Of a DNA stretch of 64,000 nt, positions 19,595 through 28,970 are shown one piece after another. The translations under genes were made by a program, and so were the position numbers. Under the pieces are notes generated by a model. It was given only the letters and a program-made list of their open reading frames with translations. It was not told the origin of the DNA and made no database searches. Position 1 is the first letter of the stretch; every line of letters begins with the position of its first letter. Source of the stretch: Candidatus Aminicenantes bacterium (GTDB lineage: Archaea > Nanobdellota > Nanobdellia > Woesearchaeales > JAFCCF01). Location of the stretch: positions 12,950 through 76,949 of the forward strand of contig JAFCCF010000001.1 in assembly GCA_017610325.1 (NCBI GenBank), written 5' to 3'.

Positions 19595-20653
19595 TTAATA
19601 TACTTTTTGTTTAATAACCCTAAGTTCCCGCGGCATCTTTGTGAGAATCTTAACACCCTTCTTTGTAACAGCAATAACATCCTCTATTCGTATTCCGTAT
19701 TTTTTTGGTATATATATCCCAGGTTCAATTGTAAAAACCTGGTTTAGCTTAATCCTGTCTTTAGATTTTTGCTTAAGGTTAGGCAATTCATGAACTTCAA
19801 CCCCAACACCATGACCAAGACCGTGAGTAAAATAGCGGCTCATCGGCCTTAATCGTTTTTTTGCAATTTCATAAACCTCACTGCATTTCTTTCCAACTTT
19901 TACAGCATCAATTGCAGCCTGCTGCGCTTTCAAAACCAAAATATAATTTTCAACCTCTTTTTTTGTGGGCTTGCCAATATAGAACGTTCTTGTGATATCG
20001 CTACAGTAGCCATTAAGCCACAACCCAACATCAATCACGAGGAAACCCTTGCTGATTTTTCCAGGTATTGGCGGGTGGTGTACAAAGGCGCCGTGCTTTC
20101 CAGACGCAACTATTGGAGTAAATGCAAACGCAATGCCCTTTTTTCTTGCTTCGGCTTCAATAAAGCCGATAACCTCTTTCTCATACCTGAATCTGAAATT
20201 CTTTATGCATTTTTCCAGAATATGGACAATAGAGTTACAGCTTTTTTGAATTAACTCTATTTCTCCTTCAGTTTTTATCGCTCTTATCTTGCTAAGGTCC
20301 TTACTCACGTCTGTGAACCGCACTTTCAGCTTTTTCCTAAGCTCGCTGTATTCGGTTACTGTAAGGAAAGAGTTATCAATGCCAATCCTTTTGCTCCTTC
20401 CAATAACCTGTTTGAGTGCAGAATAAAAACCCTTCTTGTAAACTTTCACTTTGTTCTTGGTTAGCCTTGCCCTTGCACCCTCCATTTTTGGCACAAGCAG
20501 CGTAGGTACTCCCTTCTTTGGAATTACCAAGCAGCCAAACCCCTCAAACTTAGTAAAATAATAGAAAGAAGGATAGAAAAACTTGAAATTTATTAACAGC
20601 ACATAACTTAACTTTTTCTTTTTCATCCTTTCCTGCAATTCAATTAATCTCAT
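19595..20653 (-). CDS. M24-family Xaa-Pro aminopeptidase / prolidase
   Basis: 352 aa. Creatinase/prolidase pita-bread motifs (HGLGHGVGVEVHE, IEPGIY, IEDV). Confidence 0.8.
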   Translation of the reverse strand: MRLIELQERMKKKKLSYVLLINFKFFYPSFYYFTKFEGFGCLVIPKKGVPTLLVPKMEGARARLTKNKVKVYKKGFYSALKQVIGRSKRIGIDNSFLTVTEYSELRKKLKVRFTDVSKDLSKIRAIKTEGEIELIQKSCNSIVHILEKCIKNFRFRYEKEVIGFIEAEARKKGIAFAFTPIVASGKHGAFVHHPPIPGKISKGFLVIDVGLWLNGYCSDITRTFYIGKPTKKEVENYILVLKAQQAAIDAVKVGKKCSEVYEIAKKRLRPMSRYFTHGLGHGVGVEVHELPNLKQKSKDRIKLNQVFTIEPGIYIPKKYGIRIEDVIAVTKKGVKILTKMPRELRVIKQKVY

Positions 20654-20699
20654 AGCAATAACAAAAATTAAATATAGTATTTAATTATTTCTAAATAAC

Positions 20700-21899
20700 A
20701 TGAAGAGAAAGACCCTAGGGAATGGTCTCACACTAGTGTATGAGAAAAAACCAGGAGAATCTGTTGCAATTGGCGTGACAGTGCGCGTTGGTTCAAAAGA
20801 CGAGCCAGACAAAATAATGGGAATCAGCCATTTTATCGAGCATATGCTTTTCAACGGCACAACGAACAGGAAAGCGATTGAGATCGCAAGCGAGATTGAA
20901 GCAATTGGCGGAGAGCTTAATGCAATGACTGGAACAGATAGGACATTCTACTATACGCGCGTCCCAAAGAAACACTTTGAAAAAGGTTTGGAAATTCTTT
21001 CTGACATTATCCAAAACCCATTGTTTGACAAAAAAGAGATTGAGAAGGAAAGGAAGATTATCCTGGATGAAGTGAACCTTACACATGACCAGCCAAGATT
21101 CTACCAATGGGTGTTATTTTACAAGAGCTTGTTCAGGGGAAGGCTTGGCAGAGAGACAATTGGGACAGAAAAGTCAGTAAAATCAATACAAAGAAAAGAC
21201 TTAACTAGGTTTCATAGCATAAATTATGTTCCAAGAAACATGGTAGTCACTGTTGTTGGCAATACAACAAACATAATTGGAAAAGTTGAGAAGAACTTTA
21301 CTGGCTTCAAGACAGCAGGCAAAAAGAGGAAAAAATCAGTGTTTGTTCCAAGGAACAAGCACAGGATTAAAATAGAAAAGAGACCTGTAACACAATCATA
21401 TCTTGTTCTTGGCTACCAGTCCCCTGGTAGGTCGCATAAAGATAGTTTTTGCCTAGACATTATCAGGTCACTTCTTGGCAGGGGCCAGTCTGGAAGGCTG
21501 TTCCAGGAGATTAGGGCAAAGCAGGCGCTTGCATATGAGGTAGGGGTACATCACGAAGCTTCAGCAAACTATGGCTTTTTCTCAGTTTATGTTAATACAG
21601 ACAAGAAAAACATTCCAGCAATCAAGAAAATCGTAATTACAGAGTTCAACAAGCTAAAAAATCTGACTAATAAGGATATTCTGGATGCAAAAAGGCAGAT
21701 TGAAGGAGAATATCTGCTCTCAGGTGAGGATAATGCCAAACTTTCTGAACAACTTGGGTTTTTCGAGGTTGTGAAAGGCGCAGCTGAGTCAAAGAATTAC
21801 ATAAAAAAGATTAGAAAGGTTACGCTTAGTGATGTTAAGCGCGTTGTAGGCAAATACCTTGATGATAGATACACCTTAAGTATTCTGGAGCAGAATTAG
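20700..21899 (+). CDS. M16-family zinc peptidase (pitrilysin/insulinase-like)
   Basis: 399 aa. Inverted zinc motif HFIEH near the N-terminus and an E in the downstream helix. Confidence 0.8.
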   Translation: MKRKTLGNGLTLVYEKKPGESVAIGVTVRVGSKDEPDKIMGISHFIEHMLFNGTTNRKAIEIASEIEAIGGELNAMTGTDRTFYYTRVPKKHFEKGLEILSDIIQNPLFDKKEIEKERKIILDEVNLTHDQPRFYQWVLFYKSLFRGRLGRETIGTEKSVKSIQRKDLTRFHSINYVPRNMVVTVVGNTTNIIGKVEKNFTGFKTAGKKRKKSVFVPRNKHRIKIEKRPVTQSYLVLGYQSPGRSHKDSFCLDIIRSLLGRGQSGRLFQEIRAKQALAYEVGVHHEASANYGFFSVYVNTDKKNIPAIKKIVITEFNKLKNLTNKDILDAKRQIEGEYLLSGEDNAKLSEQLGFFEVVKGAAESKNYIKKIRKVTLSDVKRVVGKYLDDRYTLSILEQN

Positions 21900-22976
21900 C
21901 TATCTTGTAACTTCAAAGCCTTTTACCTGTTCTAACAGCTTCTTAGCCTTGTTGTTTGTCTTGAAATGCTTCCTTACCGGCTCAAGCAACAGGTTTATGT
22001 ATTCTGCAACCGCAGTTTTCAAGTCTTGGGGGTGAAGCTGGTCATCTGCATATATATTTACGAGTTCATCATAACTTCCAATGCTGAGGTCCCCACCAAA
22101 TTTTGCAGGCCTCTTTATCTCAATGCTCTTGAACTTCTCAAATAGAATGTACCTACAGTATTCCATTATTGGGTTTTCTGCAACCTGCTTCTGCGGGCAG
22201 TACGCCTTTGCAATCTTTTTCCTGACATCTTCTTCTGAATCAGTCATGAACACTGCGGTGTCTGGTTTAGACTTTGACATCTTCATGTCAATCGCCCTTT
22301 CAACAGCATCCTTCTCTTCCGATGCCGGCTTACCAAGACCCATTAACATGTGGTGGCTAACTACAACCGGTTTCCAGAAGCCTAGGCTAGGTCCAACCTC
22401 CCTGGCAAGCACATTAACCTTTCTCTGGTCCATGCCAAGCTGGGTGATGTCGCACTTAAGCTCAAATATGTCAGCGCACTGCATGCACGGATACAAAATC
22501 TGTGATGCCTGCAAGGATTCATCCTCTTTCCTGCCCATTATCTGGGCACACCGTGTGATTCTTTTTACTGTGCTGTTCCTGGCAATTCTCATGACAGTCT
22601 TCCAGTAAGTATCAATATTTACCAAATCTGATGAGCGCACAAATTCAACCTTTGAAAGGTCCATACCACAGACCTTCCACACCTCAATAAGATAATCTCC
22701 TGCGGTGTTTATCTTTTCAAGGTCGCCGCCAAGCTTGTTATTTGCCCAGCCATGCCAGTCAGCTGCCAGCATCTTGAATTTAATGCCTGTCTTGGTCATC
22801 TTATTGACATTAATCGCCCTGAGAATACCCTGCGCTACGTGGATTAATCCACTTGGTTCAAAGCCGTCATAGGCTATTGGCTGTTTCTTTGTCTCGAACA
22901 AGGTTTTTAGGTCCTGCTCTGTTATTATTTCCTCACCAACCTGCCTTACCAAGTCAATCTTTGTTTCAATATCCAT
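21900..22976 (-). CDS. tyrS: tyrosyl-tRNA synthetase (archaeal type)
   Basis: 358 aa. KMSKS present. Strong similarity to archaeal TyrRS blocks (AYDGFEPSG, KAYCP, NPIMEY, KRPAKFGGDL, LHPQDLKTAVAE). Confidence 0.9.
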   Translation of the reverse strand: MDIETKIDLVRQVGEEIITEQDLKTLFETKKQPIAYDGFEPSGLIHVAQGILRAINVNKMTKTGIKFKMLAADWHGWANNKLGGDLEKINTAGDYLIEVWKVCGMDLSKVEFVRSSDLVNIDTYWKTVMRIARNSTVKRITRCAQIMGRKEDESLQASQILYPCMQCADIFELKCDITQLGMDQRKVNVLAREVGPSLGFWKPVVVSHHMLMGLGKPASEEKDAVERAIDMKMSKSKPDTAVFMTDSEEDVRKKIAKAYCPQKQVAENPIMEYCRYILFEKFKSIEIKRPAKFGGDLSIGSYDELVNIYADDQLHPQDLKTAVAEYINLLLEPVRKHFKTNNKAKKLLEQVKGFEVTR

Positions 22977-23017
22977 TATAACACTCCATTATCTCCCAGA
23001 TTATAAAAAACTTTTGA

Positions 23018-23090
23018 TGGGGCCAGGTGGATTCGAACCCCCGCTTCAGCCCCCCGAAGGCTGAGTCATACCAAGCTAGACTATGGCCCC
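23018..23090 (-). tRNA. tRNA-Pro (anticodon CGG), 73 nt, CCA not encoded
   Basis: The reverse complement folds as a cloverleaf: acceptor GGGGCCA/TGGCCCC, anticodon stem CAGCC/GGCTG, loop TTCGGGG (anticodon CGG), T-loop TTCGAAT. There is one G-A mismatch in the T stem as I read it. Confidence 0.75.
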
Positions 23091-23230
23091 GCATCTTTTA
23101 CAGTCGCAAAAGCTGCACCAAAAGTTGTGCGGGCTACGCTTCGCTAGCCCCAACTTATACAGTGTGTACTCACTGGACACTGGACATGCGTACGTAATAT
23201 ATATAAATTACTAGGTTTTCTTACCTTGAT

Positions 23231-24070
23231 ATGATCTCAGTTACAACATTGTCAGGCTATCAATACTGCCCCAGGAAGCTGTTTTTGCAGTATGTACTCA
23301 GGCTTGTGCCAATTCCCAAAGTCGTGCTTGTCCTTGGAAGTGTCAAGCATGAAGTATTTGATGGAATAAACAAGGTCGAAGAAAACATAGTAAAGAGCAT
23401 CACAAAAAAGATTCAGATGGAAGATATACTCAACCGGTACAGGTCAGACTATGGCCGTATTCTTAAAACATCAATCCTAAAGTTTAAGAGGGAGTTAAGG
23501 AAGTTCGACATCTCCTTATCCCAGCTGTTTAAAGATAACTGGCCAATCTTCCTTGAGGAAGCACACTTCAGGGCAAAAAACATCCATGGGCTTATTGAGG
23601 AAAAAAATGTTTTTGGAGAAGAACTCTGGGAACTTCTGCCAAAAATCAAGAGCGAATTCAGGGTTGAGTCAGAAAAACTTGGTTTAAGGGGGATAGTTGA
23701 TAAGATTGAGTTTAGGGGAAAACTAGTTATTCCGTTTGAGCTCAAGACAGGCAAGGCACCAACAGACGGTGTCTGGCCAGGTCATAAAACCCAGATTGCA
23801 GCTTACATGTTAATGCTCGAAGAAGCATTTAACACAGAAATTAAGGAAGGTTTTATCCAGTACCTTGGAGTGAGCGACCTGCGCAAGGTTGTGATGAATC
23901 CCTTCCTGAAGATGGAAATAATAGAACTCAAACACAAGGTGCAAGACCTACTAAATTCCAAAGTCCTCCCACCAATTTGTAAGAATGAAAACAAGTGCAA
24001 TGCCTGCGGCCTAAAAGATGACTGCTTCAATGAAAAACTAGTAAATGAAAAGCTCAGTACCATTCAATAA
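23231..24070 (+). CDS. Cas4-like PD-(D/E)xK exonuclease with 4-Cys (Fe-S) signature (DUF83/RecB family), solo
   Basis: 279 aa. N-terminal YQYCPRKLFLQY (a Cas4 hallmark including the first Cys), ELKTGK motif, and a C-terminal CxnCxxC cluster (CKNENKCNACGLKDDC). No CRISPR repeats or other cas genes are nearby. Confidence 0.65.
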   Translation: MISVTTLSGYQYCPRKLFLQYVLRLVPIPKVVLVLGSVKHEVFDGINKVEENIVKSITKKIQMEDILNRYRSDYGRILKTSILKFKRELRKFDISLSQLFKDNWPIFLEEAHFRAKNIHGLIEEKNVFGEELWELLPKIKSEFRVESEKLGLRGIVDKIEFRGKLVIPFELKTGKAPTDGVWPGHKTQIAAYMLMLEEAFNTEIKEGFIQYLGVSDLRKVVMNPFLKMEIIELKHKVQDLLNSKVLPPICKNENKCNACGLKDDCFNEKLVNEKLSTIQ

Positions 24071-24122
24071 AGTTATATTCTAAAACGAAAGGTTTATAAA
24101 CCATACATGAATTCTACATCAT

Positions 24123-24422
24123 ATGATTTGCCATTCATATAACCTATTTTTTGACAATTTTTCAAACAAGACACGCATAAAGATAATAGAATCCCTTATT
24201 TTAGGGCCAAAATCTGTGACTGATATATGCAATATGACCAAAGAAGAACAGAGCAAAGTAAGCCATAACCTAAGGAACCTGAAAGAATGCCATTTCCTGG
24301 ATGTGAAAAAAAACGGCAAGCAGAGGATATATTCTTTGAACAAGGGTACAGTTGTGCCAATCCTGAAACTAGTAGAGAAGCATGTTCATAAGTATTGCGG
24401 CGAGGTGTGCAATAAAAAATGA
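24123..24422 (+). CDS. ArsR-family wHTH transcriptional regulator
   Basis: About 99 aa. HTH (SVTDICNMTKEEQSKVSHNLRNLKE) and wing. Overlaps the iscS start by 4 nt. Confidence 0.55.
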   Translation: MICHSYNLFFDNFSNKTRIKIIESLILGPKSVTDICNMTKEEQSKVSHNLRNLKECHFLDVKKNGKQRIYSLNKGTVVPILKLVEKHVHKYCGEVCNKK

Positions 24423-25576
24423 AGGTTTATCTTGACAATGCTGCCACCACCATGACAGACCCGGGGGTAGCTAAGGCCATGCAGCCATACCTCACCCAGG
24501 AGTTTGGAAATGCAAGCTCTCTGCACCAGTTTGGCAGGGAGGCAAGTGGGGCACTGGACCAGGCAAGGGTGGCAATTGCAAAAAAGATTAATGCAGAGCC
24601 AGAAGAAATCATATTTACCTCTGGCGGCACAGAGTCAGACAACCTTGCCATCAGGGGGGTGGCCTATGCAAACAAGAACAAAGGCAATCACATAATCACT
24701 TCTACAATTGAACATCCTGCTGTGCTTAACACCTGCAAACAGCTTGAGAAAGAGGGATTCAAAATAAGTTACCTTAAAGTTGACAAACGGGGTTTTATTG
24801 ATTTTGAGCAACTGAAAAAAGAAATAACAGACAAGACAATCCTTGTATCAATCATTCATGCCAATAATGAGATTGGGACAATACAAGAGATTGAAACAAT
24901 TGCAAACATCTGCAAGGAAAAAAAGATAGTGTTTCATTCTGATGCTGTGCAGAGCTTTACCAAGGTTCATATTGATGTTAAAAAAACAAAAATTGACCTG
25001 ATTTCTTTCTCAGCACACAAAATACACGGGCCAAATGGTATTGGCGCATTATACCTAAGAAAAGGAACCAAGATTAAGAAACAGCTTGAAGGCGGTTCCC
25101 AGGAGTTTAACCTGCGCGCAGGCACAGAATATGTTGCAGGGGCTGTTGGCTTTGCAAAGGCAGTTGAGCTTGTTGAGGATAAACATTACAGTTATGTCAA
25201 ACAACTAAGAGACCAGTTGATTAAAGGCCTGGAGGAAATCCCAAACTGCCAGCTTAATGGTCCAAGGGGCGACAGTAGGGTGTGTAACAATGCGAATATC
25301 ATATTTAATTTTATTGAGGGTGAGGCAATGCTTCTGAGGCTTGACATGAAGGGCATTGCAGTATCAACTGGCTCAGCATGTTCTCAGCGGGACCTTAAAC
25401 CAAGCCATGTGCTGACTGCAATTGGATTAAAAGCAGCAGTTGCACACGGAAGCATAAGGTTTACACTTTCACGGTTCAACACAACAGAGGAGATTGATTA
25501 TACAATCAAAACAGTTAAAGAGGTTGTTAAGGCCTTGCGCGAGATTAGTCCTTTAAGGAGGGGTTATAATGGCTGA
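24419..25576 (+). CDS. iscS: cysteine desulfurase IscS/NifS (PLP-dependent)
   Basis: 385 aa. PLP-lysine region SFSAHKIHGPNGIGALY and the active-site Cys loop GSACSQ. Confidence 0.9.
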   Translation: MKVYLDNAATTMTDPGVAKAMQPYLTQEFGNASSLHQFGREASGALDQARVAIAKKINAEPEEIIFTSGGTESDNLAIRGVAYANKNKGNHIITSTIEHPAVLNTCKQLEKEGFKISYLKVDKRGFIDFEQLKKEITDKTILVSIIHANNEIGTIQEIETIANICKEKKIVFHSDAVQSFTKVHIDVKKTKIDLISFSAHKIHGPNGIGALYLRKGTKIKKQLEGGSQEFNLRAGTEYVAGAVGFAKAVELVEDKHYSYVKQLRDQLIKGLEEIPNCQLNGPRGDSRVCNNANIIFNFIEGEAMLLRLDMKGIAVSTGSACSQRDLKPSHVLTAIGLKAAVAHGSIRFTLSRFNTTEEIDYTIKTVKEVVKALREISPLRRGYNG

Positions 25577-25964
25577 CTTATATTCGAAAAAAGTTATGGA
25601 ATATTTCCAGAAACCAAAAAACATGGGTGAGATTGAGAATGCAGACGGTATTGGCAAGGTAGGCAACCCAACCTGTGGTGATATGATGTATGTGTATATC
25701 AAAGTGACTAAAAAAGACGATAAGGAGATTATAAGCGACATCAGGGTCAAGACTTTTGGTTGTGTTGCAGCTATCGCCTCTAGTTCGGTGACCACAGAGT
25801 TGGTAAAGGGAAAGACAATCGAAGAAGCAGAAAAGATTTCAAAAGATGATGTTGCAAAAGCCCTGGGCGGCCTGCCGCCAGTCAAGATGCATTGTTCACT
25901 GCTGTCCATTGACGCTCTAAAAACCGCAATCAATGATTATCGTGAGAAAAAATCAGAAGGATGA
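25569..25964 (+). CDS. iscU: Fe-S cluster scaffold IscU/NifU-like
   Basis: 131 aa with the three scaffold cysteines (NPTCGDMM, FGCVAA, MHCSLL). Overlaps iscS by 8 nt. Confidence 0.9.
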   Translation: MADLYSKKVMEYFQKPKNMGEIENADGIGKVGNPTCGDMMYVYIKVTKKDDKEIISDIRVKTFGCVAAIASSSVTTELVKGKTIEEAEKISKDDVAKALGGLPPVKMHCSLLSIDALKTAINDYREKKSEG

Positions 25965-25967
25965 GGG

Positions 25968-27536
25968 GTGGGTACGCACAAAATGAATAAAAAAGTACTC
26001 TTAGTCTATACACCAGGTCTATATAGGGACTATACAAATGAAAACCAGTACCTTGAATTCCCTGTGGGAATCCTCTCCATAGCATCTTTGCTAAAGGAAC
26101 ACGGTTTTCAAGTAGAAATCATAGACGGGAACATTGACGGGGGCTACACAGAAAAAATCAGGAAAAACCTGGGCAATGCCCTGTTTGTTGGTTTTAGTGT
26201 GATGACAACCCAGGTAAAGAAGGCTCTTGAAGCTTCAAGGATGATTAAGAAGATAAACAAGAATATCCCTGTTGTGTGGGGGGGGGTTCATCCATCCCTT
26301 GTTCCTGCCCAAACGTGCGAAGACCCTAATGTTGACATTGTAGTTTATGGAATGGGGGAAGCAACAACACTGCATTTGGCACAGAAGTTAAGAGACGGGA
26401 AACCGCTTTCTGAGATTCAGGGGATTTATTATAAGGAACATGGCAAGCTACTAAAGACAGCTGTGCGGCCTATTACACAATCAGAAGCCCTACAAGCTAT
26501 AGATTTTGACCTGGTGGATTGGGCAAGGTACGGTACATATAATCTTGAGCTCTGGCAGAAGGAGCGCGTTTTTATACGAAAGCCAACCAAGAGCAAGAAA
26601 GAGCTTAGCAGGTTTTTTTCTATTCAGACTTCAAGAGGGTGCCCTTACAAGTGCGTCTTCTGTACAATTCCCCTTATATATGGTTCAGAAGGAGACTACA
26701 GGAAAATGACGTACCTTAAAAGGTCAGCTGAGTCAGTGCTGGATGAAATTGAGGACCTTATCAAAAAATACAGTGTGCGGCAAATAATGTTCCAGGATGA
26801 GTGTTTTCTCAACAGTAGAAAGTGGCTGGAGGATTTCCTTGCTGGAATAGAAGCGCGAAAACTGAAGTTTGTGTGGAACATAAATGCGCGGTCTGACATA
26901 TTTGCTAAGGGCATTGTGTCTGAGGGGTTGCTTAAAAGAATGAAAAAAGAAGGTTGCATTTCAATGTTCATCGGAGCAGAGTCCGGTTCAAATAGGCTTT
27001 TGAAAAAAGTCCAAAAGTACATCACAGTAGAAGAGACAATTCAGACAGCAAGAATACTCAACAGGTACAACATTCCTTGTATATACGGCTTGATGATGGC
27101 TATTCCCGGAGAGACCCGGGCAGATTTGGTTTCAACGCTTGATCTCATCCTAAAACTTTATAAGATTGGTGGCAGGCACGTGAGAATCTCTGGCCCCGTT
27201 ATATTCCTGCTATTTCCAAGATGTAAATTATGGGGTGAGTGCAAGCGCCATGGCTATGAGGAACCTTTAAATCTACAGGAATGGGCAGATTTGCCTATGG
27301 AAGAAATCGTGCGCCCCGATTTTAGAAAACTGCCCTGGGTATCAAAAAAAAATTATGCTCTTATGGACTATCTCAAATTAATGGGGGCCCGCCATTTGCC
27401 AACAAACAAGTTTTTGCTGGCATTTCTTGAGCTAATTTGCCGGTTTAGAAAGAAGATTAATTGGTTCAGGTTTCCAGTTGAGCTTCTGGCTTGGAATTAT
27501 TACGAATACCGAAGGTTAAAACTAAGGATGGGATGA
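25968..27536 (+). CDS. B12-binding domain radical SAM protein (class B rSAM), paralogue group A
   Basis: 522 aa. N-terminal Rossmann-like B12-binding region, radical SAM CxxxCxxC (RGCPYKCVFC). Starts 4 nt after iscU. Confidence 0.8.
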   Translation: MGTHKMNKKVLLVYTPGLYRDYTNENQYLEFPVGILSIASLLKEHGFQVEIIDGNIDGGYTEKIRKNLGNALFVGFSVMTTQVKKALEASRMIKKINKNIPVVWGGVHPSLVPAQTCEDPNVDIVVYGMGEATTLHLAQKLRDGKPLSEIQGIYYKEHGKLLKTAVRPITQSEALQAIDFDLVDWARYGTYNLELWQKERVFIRKPTKSKKELSRFFSIQTSRGCPYKCVFCTIPLIYGSEGDYRKMTYLKRSAESVLDEIEDLIKKYSVRQIMFQDECFLNSRKWLEDFLAGIEARKLKFVWNINARSDIFAKGIVSEGLLKRMKKEGCISMFIGAESGSNRLLKKVQKYITVEETIQTARILNRYNIPCIYGLMMAIPGETRADLVSTLDLILKLYKIGGRHVRISGPVIFLLFPRCKLWGECKRHGYEEPLNLQEWADLPMEEIVRPDFRKLPWVSKKNYALMDYLKLMGARHLPTNKFLLAFLELICRFRKKINWFRFPVELLAWNYYEYRRLKLRMG

Positions 27537-28970
27537 CTATCGAGACAGGAAATCAGTTACATATCCCCACAGAAGCTCAAACTCATCTCTCAATTCACCC
27601 AGTGCCAGCATGACTGTCAAATATATTACTATTCCTACGGGGATTAACAAAAACAGGTTAACATCCCTTACAAGGAAGACCATAATGCCCATAAGAACAG
27701 AGGCAAAGACACTCTTATATGTAAGTTTTATTAAGCCAATCTTACAGAATGTTCTTGAGATGTATACAAAATTCATCAAAACAACAACAGCATAGCTAAC
27801 TAGGGTTGCAAAAGCACAACCCAATAAGCCATACCTTGGAATAAGCATTAGATTCAGAACAATGTTCAATGCCCCTGCCATGAGGAGGGCATACAGGTTA
27901 ACCTTCTCTTTCTTGAGAGCATAGAGAAGAGACCTTATAACCATATGTAGTGTTAGCAAGAGGCCATATATGAAGAACAACTTGAGTGCTAGGTCATATT
28001 GTGCAAAAGAGGGGCCCATAAATTGAGTGATTATCTTTTTTGAAAGGATAACCAACCCCGCAAATCCCGGAAGGGCGACGTACAAGGAATATTTCAGGAT
28101 TTTCCTGAACACTGGAACCAATTTTGCTTTCTTTTTTACAGTGTAAAGCAGCGTCATTGATGGAAAAGCTGCAAAAACCAATGAACCTGGAATCATAACA
28201 ACAAAATTAATAATCCTGAGAGTAAACTCATAGAGTCCAACAATCTTAAAGCTTGTGAGCTTTGTCAAGAACAGAATGTCTACGTTGTAGAAAAGAGCCG
28301 TCCCAAGCCCAATAAGCACAAAGAGGTAAGATGATTTGGTAAGGGAAGTGCACTTCTTGAAATCAAATGAAAAAACAATTTTTGGAAATCTCTTCATAGT
28401 GATTAGGAACAGCACAATAAAGCGCATTATTGATACACCCAGGAATGCCAAAAACAAAGCATTTATGCTGCCAGAAGATGAGAGTAGCGCATAGGCACTA
28501 ATTAACAGGACCAAGGTCAATAATGGGTTTATCAGCAGATACACCATTTTTTGGTATGCAACATAAATTGTGGAAAAAATGTTCGCAAAGTTGGATATAA
28601 TTGAGGATAAACCAATTATAAGGATACCCCAAGTGAATTGGCCGTAGGACCCACTCACCTTCAAAACGAGCAAAACTAGGAAGCAGAAGGTCAGTGAGGT
28701 GAAAACCTTCAGCACAAGGATGCTGGACACATAACCATTAAAATTCTTGTCTTTAGGGGATAAGGCCCGGATCGATGGAGTAAACATTCCAAACTGTAGG
28801 AAGACGCCAAGGAAACCAACAAATGCAAACACGAAACTGAACTTGCCCAGGCCCCCACTCCCCAAAAATCTAAGGATAGTCAGGATAAGGCCAAGATAAA
28901 GTAGTTTATTCAGTATGTTACTTATTAGGTGGTAATTAGCATTTGCAAATATTTTTTTTATTTCCATCAC
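27537..28970 (-). CDS. Wzx-like oligosaccharide/polysaccharide flippase (MOP superfamily)
   Basis: 477 aa, roughly 12-14 predicted TM helices, typical polysaccharide-biosynthesis-protein topology. Confidence 0.7.
   Translation of the reverse strand: MMEIKKIFANANYHLISNILNKLLYLGLILTILRFLGSGGLGKFSFVFAFVGFLGVFLQFGMFTPSIRALSPKDKNFNGYVSSILVLKVFTSLTFCFLVLLVLKVSGSYGQFTWGILIIGLSSIISNFANIFSTIYVAYQKMVYLLINPLLTLVLLISAYALLSSSGSINALFLAFLGVSIMRFIVLFLITMKRFPKIVFSFDFKKCTSLTKSSYLFVLIGLGTALFYNVDILFLTKLTSFKIVGLYEFTLRIINFVVMIPGSLVFAAFPSMTLLYTVKKKAKLVPVFRKILKYSLYVALPGFAGLVILSKKIITQFMGPSFAQYDLALKLFFIYGLLLTLHMVIRSLLYALKKEKVNLYALLMAGALNIVLNLMLIPRYGLLGCAFATLVSYAVVVLMNFVYISRTFCKIGLIKLTYKSVFASVLMGIMVFLVRDVNLFLLIPVGIVIYLTVMLALGELRDEFELLWGYVTDFLSR

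Noticed and set aside
23091-23230. Hairpin GCACCAAAAGTTGTGC and surrounding 140-bp spacer between tRNA-Pro and the Cas4-like gene as an ncRNA
   Set aside because: It is short, contains only a single stem, and is more parsimoniously a promoter/terminator spacer for the divergent tRNA and cas4-like genes.
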